Part shown: positions 28,895 through 37,691 of the stretch, in pieces
How the letters are laid out: every line of letters starts with the position of its first letter
Position numbering within the stretch: the stretch's first letter is position 1
Assembly (NCBI GenBank): GCA_938045065.1
Contig: CALIOA010000068.1
Location: 77,495 to 141,494, forward strand
Direction of reading: 5' to 3'
DNA: 64,000 nt
From: an uncultured Collinsella sp.
GTDB lineage: Bacteria > Actinomycetota > Coriobacteriia > Coriobacteriales > Coriobacteriaceae
Notes under the pieces: generated by a model
Told to the model about the DNA's origin: nothing
The model's input: only the letters and a program-made list of their open reading frames with translations
The model's database searches: none
Position numbers and translations under genes: made by a program

Positions 28895-29632
28895 CTAAAC
28901 GTTTGCTCGGTTGGTGAAGATGCCCTTTTTGGAAGTCCCCTGATCGTCGGAGCCCTTCTTCACCTTCTTACCGTCCTTGGTGTAGTAGGAGAGGTAGTAC
29001 TCGCTGGTCTCGGTCTCGCAGTAGTTCATAACGGTACCGATGAGCTTGACCTTCTCGGACTTCTTAAGCTGACCGATGGCGTTGAGCGCCTCCTCGCGCT
29101 TGGTGAAATCCTCACGCACGACAAAAAGCGCACCGTCGGTCAGACTTGCGATCTCGGCAGCATCGATGAAAGTGCCGACCGGGGGAGCATCAAAGATGAC
29201 GTACTGGAACTTGGCGGACAGTGCCTTTACCAGCTTGGCAAAGCGGTGAGAGACGATGATGTCGGCAGGATTGGGAATATGCGGCTCGGCATCGAGGAAG
29301 TAGAAGTTCTTCTGACCCGTCTCGACAATTGCCTGGTCAATGGAGATCTGCTCGGAAAGAACCGCATAGAGTCCGCCGCGCGAACGAACGCCGAGCATAT
29401 CGGAAAGGGACCTGCGGCGCATATCGGCCTCGACCAGGAGCACGGACTTGCCGCTCGTGGCGATAGCCTGGGCAAGGTTAATGGAAACCGTAGACTTGCC
29501 CTCGTTGGGAATCGAGGAGGTAACGGTGATGGTGCGAATGGGGTCGTCCACACTCGCAAAGCGGATGTTGGCCAGAAGGGTCTTGGCGGCATTCTGTACA
29601 ACGAGCTTATCGGTGTTCTTTGCCTTAGCCAT
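28895..29632 (-). CDS. cpsD: BY-kinase cytoplasmic tyrosine kinase/ATPase (CpsD/Wze-like)
   Basis: Walker A region SSIPNEGKST, Walker A' and Walker B regions, and a C-terminal Tyr/Ser/Lys-rich tail. Confidence 0.8.
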   Translation of the reverse strand: MAKAKNTDKLVVQNAAKTLLANIRFASVDDPIRTITVTSSIPNEGKSTVSINLAQAIATSGKSVLLVEADMRRRSLSDMLGVRSRGGLYAVLSEQISIDQAIVETGQKNFYFLDAEPHIPNPADIIVSHRFAKLVKALSAKFQYVIFDAPPVGTFIDAAEIASLTDGALFVVREDFTKREEALNAIGQLKKSEKVKLIGTVMNYCETETSEYYLSYYTKDGKKVKKGSDDQGTSKKGIFTNRANV

Positions 29633-29634
29633 GC

Positions 29635-30291
29635 CTATTTACCACCTTTCATAGCCGGAATTCGGCCAACAACGGGAATACCCAGGAGCTCTTCTGCCTC
29701 TTCTGCACCGCGGATGCGGGTGTTGAGCATGTCTGCCAAAACGACATAGGCAACTGCGATAAAGATGCCCGCGAGGAACGCGACAGCAACGTACAGCGTG
29801 CGCTTGGGACCGCTGGGGGCTTCGGGGGTCTTAGCCTCGTCGATAACGTTGATGCTCTGGGCAGCGCCGACGTTCTGAGCGACCGTACTCACCGAGCTGG
29901 CCATGGCCTTTGCGACCTTAGCCGTCTCCTTGGCATCGGTGCCGGTAACCGAAAGCGTAATGACACGCGTGGTGGTCTCGGAGGAAACAGACACCTTGTA
30001 GTCATCCAGATCGGTGAGGCCCAGTTCCTTGGCGGCGCCGCTCTTAACGCTATCGCTATCCAGCAGCGTGGCGATATCGTTGGAAAGCATCTGACTCGCC
30101 GAGAGATCGTTGTAGCTCATCTGGCCGCTATCGTCGGTCTTGGCGAGAATGTACATGCTCGTCGTCGCGGTATAGGTGTTGTCCATCGCAACGAAGGACA
30201 CGATGCCCATGGCGATCGCGCAGACCACCGGAAGGGTGATGACCAGCTGAAGGTGCTTCTTCAGCAGCTGGAACAGTTCGAGAAGGGTCAT
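29635..30291 (-). CDS. cpsC: Wzz/chain-length-determinant-like transmembrane modulator (CpsC/Wzd-like)
   Basis: Two TM segments flank an extracytoplasmic domain; it lies immediately upstream of the BY-kinase. Confidence 0.7.
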   Translation of the reverse strand: MTLLELFQLLKKHLQLVITLPVVCAIAMGIVSFVAMDNTYTATTSMYILAKTDDSGQMSYNDLSASQMLSNDIATLLDSDSVKSGAAKELGLTDLDDYKVSVSSETTTRVITLSVTGTDAKETAKVAKAMASSVSTVAQNVGAAQSINVIDEAKTPEAPSGPKRTLYVAVAFLAGIFIAVAYVVLADMLNTRIRGAEEAEELLGIPVVGRIPAMKGGK

Positions 30292-30486
30292 GCAGCTTGC
30301 CTTTCATTTCCCCAGTTCGGATTGACAAAACTGTCCGTATGTTATCGCATCTTTTTACCGAGACCAAACTCTATACATAAGAAACAGGCTCTCCTGTAAA
30401 AATGTCGGAAGCAATCGTATAATTGCACAACAACGCCGCACCCGAAAGTCAAATGCGGCGTCTGCATCAATATCTATGTTGTATCG

Positions 30487-31911
30487 CTATGCGAATGGCT
30501 CGTCCTGCTGTATGGGAAACGTCACCGTAATGGTGGTTCCCACGCCCAACGCGCTCGACAAATCGAGCGTGGCGTGATGATACAGGGCCGCATGCTTGAC
30601 AATGGCAAGCCCCAGGCCGGTTCCGCCGCGTGCCTTGGACCTACTCTTGTCCACGCGATAGAACCGCTCAAATACCTTGCCCTGTTCTTCAGGCGCGATA
30701 CCGATTCCCGTGTCGGCGACCGCAAGGAACGGATGGCCTTCGTCGTTGGTGCCGCACTGCAGCGTAACCGCACCGCCGGGTCGATTGTAGCGGATGGCGT
30801 TGCTCGCCAGATTATAGATGAGCTCGTCAATCAAGCGCGACACGCCTTCGATGACCACAGGCTTGGTCTCATGACTTATCGTCACATTCGCCTGACGGGC
30901 GACCTGTTCAAGACGCTGCTCAACCGCGTAGATGGCACGCGAGAGCTCAATAGGCTCCGTGGAACCAATGGGCACCGCCTCGCCCTCAGTTGCACGCTCG
31001 GCCTCGTCCAAGTTAGACAGCGTAAGGATATCGTTGACAAGCGCTGCCAAGCGGCCCGCCTCACGATAGATGCGACCGCCAAAGTTGCGCAGGTCGCCCT
31101 CGCCCTCGACCATGCCGTTTGCGATGAGCTCGGCATAGCCCGAAATCGCCGTAAGCGGCGTCTTGAGCTCATGGGTGATATTCGCCGTGAACTCGCGGCG
31201 CATACGGTCGTTGTCCGCCAGCACCGCCATTTGGCGCTTGAGCTCCTGGCGCTGCGACTCAATACGCTCAAGCATGGGGACCATCTCGGCATAGGCGTGC
31301 TCATAGCTACGGCGCGGGTGGTCCAAATCCACCTCTTGCAAAGGCGCGATGATGGCACGGGACTCGCGGCGCGCCATAAAAAACGAGAGTACCGCACCCG
31401 CTGCTGCGATAAGCAGCATCGGCGCCACCATCGACAGCAAAATCGCCGCAACGCCAGGCTGGGCCTGCGCCAAGCGGACAACCTGGCCGTTATCAAGGGC
31501 GACGGCGCGATACAGCATAATCTCGTCGAGCGTAGAGCTTGCGCGCTCCGCGGAACCCGAACCACTCTCAAAGGCCTCGATGACCTCGGGGCGATCGCCA
31601 TGGTTGGGCAGTGTGGAAGGCGACGCCTCGTTGTCGTAGGCAACCGATCCATCCTTGTTAATCAGCGTGATGCGCAAGTCCTCTCGATCGAGGCTACGCA
31701 AGAACGGGATGGGCTCCTGCTGCTCGTCGAGGGCGGCAGCAATGAGCTCGGTTTCTTGCGCCAGGTTGGCACTCGTGGCATCCGCCAAGGTGTTTTGCAC
31801 AAAGAACGCACCCAGCACCGTAAACGCCACGATAACCGCCATGGCGCAGACAAAGATCGTCACAAAAACGCGGTGCGACAGCGTATGTTTTCCCTGGGGG
31901 GCGAAGACCAC
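30487..31911 (-). CDS. sensor histidine kinase (PhoR-like)
   Basis: HELKTPLTAISGYAEL H-box and a HATPase_c domain; adjacent to an OmpR-family response regulator and pstB. Confidence 0.85.
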   Translation of the reverse strand: MVFAPQGKHTLSHRVFVTIFVCAMAVIVAFTVLGAFFVQNTLADATSANLAQETELIAAALDEQQEPIPFLRSLDREDLRITLINKDGSVAYDNEASPSTLPNHGDRPEVIEAFESGSGSAERASSTLDEIMLYRAVALDNGQVVRLAQAQPGVAAILLSMVAPMLLIAAAGAVLSFFMARRESRAIIAPLQEVDLDHPRRSYEHAYAEMVPMLERIESQRQELKRQMAVLADNDRMRREFTANITHELKTPLTAISGYAELIANGMVEGEGDLRNFGGRIYREAGRLAALVNDILTLSNLDEAERATEGEAVPIGSTEPIELSRAIYAVEQRLEQVARQANVTISHETKPVVIEGVSRLIDELIYNLASNAIRYNRPGGAVTLQCGTNDEGHPFLAVADTGIGIAPEEQGKVFERFYRVDKSRSKARGGTGLGLAIVKHAALYHHATLDLSSALGVGTTITVTFPIQQDEPFA

Positions 31912-31914
31912 GGG

Positions 31915-32643
31915 TTACTCCTCCGATGCGGTGGCCGCGGTGTCGTCACCTTCGGCACCATCCCCGGCAGAAGGCTCGGCCAAGCGGTAGCCCACGCCGC
32001 GCACGGTCTCGATGGCGCTGGCATGCTCGCCCAGTTTTTGGCGAAGCGTCTGCACGTGCACGTCAACGGTGCGCGAACCGCCGTCGAAGTCCCAGCCCCA
32101 CACGCTCTGCAGCAACGACTCGCGGGTAAAGACCACGCCGGGCTTGCGCATGAGGTACTCGAGCAGGTCGAACTCGCGCAGGGTGAGCTTAAGCGACTCG
32201 CCGGCAACAGTCACCTCACGATGGCTGGGCGAGAGCACAATGTCGCCCACGCTGAGCACATCGCTTGCCTGCTTGACCATGCCGCCGCGACGCAGCAGTG
32301 CGCGGCAGCGGCTGGCGAGCTCCATGAGCGAAAACGGCTTAGTCAGGTAATCGTCGGCACCGCCATCGAGCGCCATCACCTTGTCGAGCTCGGTATCCTT
32401 GGCGGTAAGCATCATGATGGGCACCGTCGCCGTCAGGCGATCGGCACGCAGTCGACGCATAATCGCCAAGCCATCGGTATCGGGCAGCATGATGTCGAGC
32501 AGGACGGCATCGGGTACCCGTCGCGCCACAGCAGCCTTAAACTCACCGTCGCACGAAAAGCCCTCGGCCTCAATCCCCTGCTTGCGCAGCGCATAGACCG
32601 TCAAATCCCTGATGTTGTCATCGTCCTCGACGTAATAGATCAT
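31915..32643 (-). CDS. OmpR/PhoB-family response regulator
   Basis: Receiver domain with the conserved Asp, plus a winged-helix output domain; start trimmed to MIYYVEDD. Confidence 0.85.
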   Translation of the reverse strand: MIYYVEDDDNIRDLTVYALRKQGIEAEGFSCDGEFKAAVARRVPDAVLLDIMLPDTDGLAIMRRLRADRLTATVPIMMLTAKDTELDKVMALDGGADDYLTKPFSLMELASRCRALLRRGGMVKQASDVLSVGDIVLSPSHREVTVAGESLKLTLREFDLLEYLMRKPGVVFTRESLLQSVWGWDFDGGSRTVDVHVQTLRQKLGEHASAIETVRGVGYRLAEPSAGDGAEGDDTAATASEE

Positions 32644-32707
32644 GTTGAACCCCTTTGCGGCCGGCATGACCGCATCTTAACCCTAAAAGTACCTTTACTA
32701 GATGGTA

Positions 32708-33583
32708 TCAGCCAAAACGCCCCGTCAAATAATCCGCCGTGCGCGGATCGGTCGGATTCTTGAAGAGTTGCGCGGTGGGCGCGTGCTCCACCAGCTCACC
32801 CAGCAAAAAGAATGCGACCGAATCGGAGATACGCGCCGCCTGCTGCATATTGTGCGTAACGACCACGAGCGTGCAGGTCTCTTTGAGCTCGCAGGCCAGC
32901 TGCTCCACCACCAGCGTCGACACAGGGTCGAGTGCCGAGGTCGGCTCGTCCATCAGCAGAATGTCGGGCTGCACGGCAAGCGCGCGGGCGATGCACAGGC
33001 GCTGCTGCTGTCCACCCGAAAGACCCAGGCCCGACTCTTTGAGCTTGTCCTTGACCTCGTCCCACAGGGCAGCGCGACGCAGGGAGTCCTCGACCAGCTC
33101 ATCGAGCACGACGCGGTCACGCACTCCCATGCCGCGAGGACCGTACGCGACGTTGTCGTAGATGCTCATGGGAAACGGGTTGGGGCGCTGAAACACCATG
33201 CCCACGCGCTGGCGAAGGCGGCAGATGTCGTAATCGCCCAGGATATCTTGACCATCGAGCGCAATCTTGCCCTCGATGCGGCAATCCTTGATGCCGTCGT
33301 TCATGCGGTTAAAGCAGCGCAGCAACGTGGACTTTCCGCAGCCCGAAGGCCCGATGAACGAGGTGATCTGCTTGTCGCGGATCTTGATATTCACGTCCTT
33401 GAGCGCATGATGGTCGCCATAGAACAGGTCGAGGCCCTCGACGTCGATGCGCGTCGGCGAGGCGGCAAGATCCTCTGCCGTGGGGCGAGTCGCATCCCCA
33501 ACCTCGCGCTCGTGCGCGGCCTCGGCCTGCGCTTTCATGAGTTCTTCAAGCTCCGTGGGCTCCACAGCCGCAGCAGCCGTCAT
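32708..33583 (-). CDS. pstB: phosphate ABC transporter ATP-binding protein
   Basis: Walker [18 protein letters not shown] signature and Walker B DEPTSALD, with PstB-type flanking sequence. Confidence 0.85.
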   Translation of the reverse strand: MTAAAAVEPTELEELMKAQAEAAHEREVGDATRPTAEDLAASPTRIDVEGLDLFYGDHHALKDVNIKIRDKQITSFIGPSGCGKSTLLRCFNRMNDGIKDCRIEGKIALDGQDILGDYDICRLRQRVGMVFQRPNPFPMSIYDNVAYGPRGMGVRDRVVLDELVEDSLRRAALWDEVKDKLKESGLGLSGGQQQRLCIARALAVQPDILLMDEPTSALDPVSTLVVEQLACELKETCTLVVVTHNMQQAARISDSVAFFLLGELVEHAPTAQLFKNPTDPRTADYLTGRFG

Positions 33584-33686
33584 ACCGCATACCTCCACAT
33601 CGATATCAATTCAGCAGTATCGATAGTAGAAATCGCGGCTCATATGTACGTGAGCGCATTGTCAAGTGTTTGTAAGGGCACGCTGG

Positions 33687-34925
33687 CTATGCGGCGGGCA
33701 GCTCGATGGTGAATATCGTGTGTTCGGGCGTCGATTCACATGCAACGGTACCGCCGTGTGCCGCGATGATCTCCTTGGCAATAGCAAGGCCCAGACCGGC
33801 ACCACCGCGATTGGTCGCACGCGCCGCATCCAGGCGATAGAACTTCTCAAAGATCACCTTGAGCTTAGCCGCAGGGATAGGATCGCCCTGATTGATAAAG
33901 CGCACGCGCACGCCGCCATCGTCTTGGCGCCCGGCCTCAATCGTGATAGTCGAGCCCTCATAGCTATAGGCGACGGCGTTTTTCATGATGTTGTTGAACA
34001 CGCGGGCCATCTTGTCGCCATCCACGAGCACCGTCAGGTCCTCGCGAATATCAACTTGGGCTTCCTTATGCTGCTCGTTGAGGATGGGATAGAACTCGTC
34101 AGCCACCTGAGCCAGCAGCAACCCCAGATCAACATAGCCGCGCGTGAGCACGATATCGTGGAAGTCAAAGCGCGTGATATCGAAGAACTCTTCGATGAGC
34201 GCATCGAGCCGGTGTGCCTTGTCGAGCGCCACGCCCGTAAAGTGCGCACGTTGCTCAACCGGCAGCTCAGGAGCCTCTTGCAGCAGCGAAAGATAGCCCA
34301 CCACACTGGCAAGCGGGGTGCGTAGGTCATGTGCCAAGTACGTGACCAGATCGTCCTTGCGATGCGACTCGTCACGCAGAGCTTGCTGCACCTTGCGCTC
34401 ACGGTCACGCACGCGGTTAAGGGCGCCCTCGACCTCCAAGAAGTCGCCGTCGATGTTGTCCCAGGTGTCGGGGTGATCGATCAGGCGATCTTGAATACGA
34501 ACAGCCAGCACACAATCGGCATGCTGCTCGCCCTGCTCGTAGCCCTGGTAGTACAGGGCGCAGCCGCACAAGAACAGCACGCACACGGCAAGCGCCAGCA
34601 CAAAGCCAAGCATGTTGAATACAAAGCCGACATCAAACAGCACCGGCCCTTCGATGCCGCCGAGCGCCATGGCGCCAATCGCCAACGTCATGGCCCACGC
34701 GGCGCCGCCAATCACCACGCAGCGGCACACAATCTCAAATCGATCGATCAGCAAAAAGCCAACAAGCAGCACCGCCAAGATTCCGACGATGTTGTCGATG
34801 CCAATCAGCAGCAGGCTCAGCAAAAAGAGCAGCACCGTTGCAAGCGCGCGGTTGTCGACGACCGACCTCACGTATTCAAAGAGCCGATCGGGCACCTCGA
34901 ACGCTTGCCTATCGTCTTTTGTCAT
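33687..34925 (-). CDS. sensor histidine kinase (VanS/intramembrane-sensing type)
   Basis: AHDLRTPLASVVGYLSLL H-box and HATPase_c; start trimmed to MTKDD. Confidence 0.8.
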   Translation of the reverse strand: MTKDDRQAFEVPDRLFEYVRSVVDNRALATVLLFLLSLLLIGIDNIVGILAVLLVGFLLIDRFEIVCRCVVIGGAAWAMTLAIGAMALGGIEGPVLFDVGFVFNMLGFVLALAVCVLFLCGCALYYQGYEQGEQHADCVLAVRIQDRLIDHPDTWDNIDGDFLEVEGALNRVRDRERKVQQALRDESHRKDDLVTYLAHDLRTPLASVVGYLSLLQEAPELPVEQRAHFTGVALDKAHRLDALIEEFFDITRFDFHDIVLTRGYVDLGLLLAQVADEFYPILNEQHKEAQVDIREDLTVLVDGDKMARVFNNIMKNAVAYSYEGSTITIEAGRQDDGGVRVRFINQGDPIPAAKLKVIFEKFYRLDAARATNRGGAGLGLAIAKEIIAAHGGTVACESTPEHTIFTIELPAA

Positions 34926-34951
34926 ATCAAGATCCTCACAAGCGAAAAGCG

Positions 34952-35647
34952 TTATTCGATGATGTAGCCGACGCCCCAGACGTTTTTGATAAAGCGTGGC
35001 TTTTGTGCGTCGTCGCCGATCTTTTCGCGCAAGTGGCGAATATGCACCATCACCGTATTGTTGGAGCCGGACATAAAGTCCTCGTTCCATACCGCGCGGA
35101 ACAGGTCCTCCACGGCCACCACGCTGCCGCGATGCTCGACCAGATACAGCAAGATTGAATACTCGGTGGGTGTGAGGCGTACCGGTGAACCGTCCACCGT
35201 TACGGAACGAGCATCGCGGTTGATCTCCAAGCCGTCGAGCTGAATGGTCGGCGACTCGGCCGCCTGCGCACGGCTACCGTAGCTGGTGTAGCGGCGAAGC
35301 TGAGCGTGCACACGCGCGATGAGCTCCAGCGGGCGGAACGGCTTAACCACGTAATCGTCCGCACCAAGCGAAAGGCCCTCGATCTTGTCTTGCTGGGCAT
35401 CGCGCGCCGTCAGCATGATCACAGGATAGGTATGGCTGGAACGGATCGTACGCAGCAGCACAAATCCATCGATATCGGGCAGCATGACATCCAGCAGCGC
35501 CAAATCGAACTCCTGCTCCAAGATTGCCTTGGCAGCATCGGCCCCGCTATAGGCAATCTGGACATCAAAGCCCTCTTTTGTAAGGTAGATACCAACCAAG
35601 TCGGCGATGGCCTTCTCGTCATCAACTACCAGTATGCGCTCGTTCAT
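34952..35647 (-). CDS. OmpR-family response regulator
   Basis: Receiver domain plus winged-helix output domain; 231 aa. Confidence 0.85.
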   Translation of the reverse strand: MNERILVVDDEKAIADLVGIYLTKEGFDVQIAYSGADAAKAILEQEFDLALLDVMLPDIDGFVLLRTIRSSHTYPVIMLTARDAQQDKIEGLSLGADDYVVKPFRPLELIARVHAQLRRYTSYGSRAQAAESPTIQLDGLEINRDARSVTVDGSPVRLTPTEYSILLYLVEHRGSVVAVEDLFRAVWNEDFMSGSNNTVMVHIRHLREKIGDDAQKPRFIKNVWGVGYIIE

Positions 35648-35775
35648 GCGTGCTCCTCTCGCGCTCCATTATGCCTGAGGCGACGCACGCCACACACAAC
35701 AAGCGTGGGTGATTAAGTCGGCCTTAAGCACCCTTGTGCCCGTTCGGGTGCGGATGTGGGCCAAGCGCGCACGCG

Positions 35776-37185
35776 ATGATCGCCGACGCCGGCAAACGAT
35801 ATACTCTAGTTTCAGAAGAGACCATCCCGTCGAAAGCGAAATCTGTGAAGTCCCTCACCTCTTTTGCAAAGCGCTCAGCCCAGCTTGCCGCCGGCTTTGT
35901 CTGCGCTATCGCCCTTGCCGCTGGCGCGCCCACCGTCGCCGGCGCCCAAGTGCTCACGACCGACAATGTTTGCGGCAAAACCGCCGATGCGCGCGGCATC
36001 ACGGCCGAAAACCTGCCCGATATCGATGCGACCAATGCCCTCGTCATGGGCAAAGACGGCACCGTCTACTATGGGCGCGGCGCCGATGAGCAGGTCAAGA
36101 TTGCCTCGATCACCAAGGTCATGACCGCAATCCTAACCGTCGAGAATTGCAAGATGGACGAGAAGGTCACGGTGAGCAACGCCGCAGCCACTGTGGGTAA
36201 TTCGACCGCCGGCTTGCTCGAAGGCGACGAGCTTACCGTGGAGCAGGCACTGCGCGGCCTGATGATTCCCTCGGGCAACGACGCCGCCATCGTGCTCGCC
36301 GAATATGTGGGCAAGAAAATCGACCCTAAGACCAAAGACGCCGAGGCCACATTTGTGAAGGCCATGAACGAGCGCGCTAAGAAGCTCGGCTGCACCGGTA
36401 CGGTCTTCGAGAATCCGCACGGTCTGGATTTTGACGAGTGGGCCGGCGATATGCACTCGACAGCACATGACGTGGCACTGATGATGCAGGAGGCCATGAA
36501 AAACGACACGATCCGCGAGGTCGTAGCGAGCGAGGATTCCTGGATCGAGGTCACGGGCGCCGACGGCACCGACCATTCGCATTCCATGGACACGCATAAC
36601 TATTTGCTGGGCCAAGATGGCAACATCGGCGGCAAGACCGGCACCACCGACGACGCGGGCTATTGCTTTACGAGCGCCTACAACCGCGACGGCGACGAGA
36701 TCTACACCGTCGTTTTGAACTCCACCACCACCGACCAGCGCTTTACCGATACCGCAACCCTTGCCAATTGGTACTACGGCCACAAGGTCACGGTCGCGAT
36801 CGCCAACACGCAGGAAAAGACCGCCAACGGCAACCCGCTTATGGCACGCATTAGCCAGACAGATTGGACGGACAAGGCGATCGACGCCACGCTCGCCGAC
36901 CCCACGGCGCAAGCGACCGTGTTTTCCCTTGCCGGCGAGGTGACCGAAAAGGTTAGCTACGACGATCTTTCGGGCACGGTGCATGTGGGCGACAAGGTGG
37001 GCAGCGTTACGCTCAAGCAGGACGGCACCAAGATCGCCGTCATGGACCTGGTCGCCGACGAGGAAGGCGCAGGGCCCAATCCCATCGAGTGGCTGCTCGT
37101 GAAGCTCGACCGCCTGGGCCGCCGCATCGACAACCGCCCACTTGCGGCAGAGAGCGAGACCGTAGCCAAGGCACCCGAGGTGTAA
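35776..37185 (+). CDS. serine-type D-Ala-D-Ala carboxypeptidase (S11, PBP5/DacA-like)
   Basis: SxxK (ASITKVMT), SxN (IPSGNDAA) and KTG (GKTGTT) motifs; start trimmed to the ATG at 35776. Confidence 0.8.
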   Translation: MIADAGKRYTLVSEETIPSKAKSVKSLTSFAKRSAQLAAGFVCAIALAAGAPTVAGAQVLTTDNVCGKTADARGITAENLPDIDATNALVMGKDGTVYYGRGADEQVKIASITKVMTAILTVENCKMDEKVTVSNAAATVGNSTAGLLEGDELTVEQALRGLMIPSGNDAAIVLAEYVGKKIDPKTKDAEATFVKAMNERAKKLGCTGTVFENPHGLDFDEWAGDMHSTAHDVALMMQEAMKNDTIREVVASEDSWIEVTGADGTDHSHSMDTHNYLLGQDGNIGGKTGTTDDAGYCFTSAYNRDGDEIYTVVLNSTTTDQRFTDTATLANWYYGHKVTVAIANTQEKTANGNPLMARISQTDWTDKAIDATLADPTAQATVFSLAGEVTEKVSYDDLSGTVHVGDKVGSVTLKQDGTKIAVMDLVADEEGAGPNPIEWLLVKLDRLGRRIDNRPLAAESETVAKAPEV

Positions 37186-37211
37186 GATCGAAGAACAATA
37201 CACTCGCTGAA

Positions 37212-37242
37212 AGGAGGCGTCCAACGGGGCGCCTCCTTTTTT
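37212..37242 (+). terminator. intrinsic terminator of the carboxypeptidase gene
   Basis: AGGAGGCG..CGCCTCCT hairpin followed by TTTTTT. Confidence 0.6.
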
Positions 37243-37274
37243 GAGGATTCGAATCCCCAGCCGCCATTCTTGAT
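37243..37274 (-). repeat. terminal fragment (T-arm-like end) of the tRNA-associated repeat element
   Basis: GAGGATTCGAATCCCCAGCCGCCATTCTTGAT parallels the end of the full Ser-locus element (CTCGGGTTCGAATCCCCAGCGCCCTTTCTCGAT). Confidence 0.4.
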
Positions 37275-37317
37275 AACAAAAAAGGGCCCCAAATGGGACC
37301 CTTCTTTCAATTCATAC

Positions 37318-37465
37318 TGGCGGAGAGCTGGGGATTTCCGGGCATGCTACGCATGCCCTCCGGCTTCAAAGCCTGGCGGCTTTTCGCCCACGGGCTACAA
37401 ACGCTTTCGCGTTTGCTTAACGCCCGTGCCCTCTCGGGTTCGAATCCCCAGCGCCCTTTCTCGAT
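37318..37465 (-). repeat. tRNA-associated structured repeat element (Ser-locus copy)
   Basis: Starts with a 19-nt duplicate of the tRNA-Ser 3' end (TGGCGGAGAGCTGGGGATT on the plus strand). The core carries hairpin AAACGCTTTCGCGTTT and ends with a T-arm-like GGGTTCGAATCCCC. It is bounded by terminators at 37277-37307 and 37467-37494. Confidence 0.7.
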
Positions 37466-37466
37466 A

Positions 37467-37494
37467 ATAAAAAAGGGCCCCCGATGGGACCCTT
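37467..37494 (-). terminator. intrinsic terminator between tRNA-Ser and the repeat element
   Basis: AAGGGTCCC-ATCGG-GGGCCCTT hairpin with a T-run on the minus strand. Confidence 0.55.
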
Positions 37495-37508
37495 CTTTAA
37501 AGTTAAAC

Positions 37509-37599
37509 TGGCGGAGAGCTGGGGATTCGAACCCCAGATGCCCTTTTGGGGCATACTCGCTTAGCAGGCGAGCACCTTCGGCCTCTCGGTCAGCTCTCC
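37509..37599 (-). tRNA. tRNA-Ser (anticodon GCT), CCA encoded
   Basis: GGAGAGC acceptor, anticodon loop CTGCTAA, long variable arm and T-arm TGGGGTTCGAATCCCCA; 91 nt. Confidence 0.9.
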
Positions 37600-37691
37600 G
37601 TAACAGCCGTTCTATAGTAACCAAACAGCCAAGGATGGGCAAGAGGAAATTTTCTAATTGCCTAGCATCCTTTCCTCCTTGGAGGCTTCGC

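Noticed and set aside
36133-37224. 363-aa minus-strand ORF
   Set aside because: Antisense to the DD-carboxypeptidase gene.
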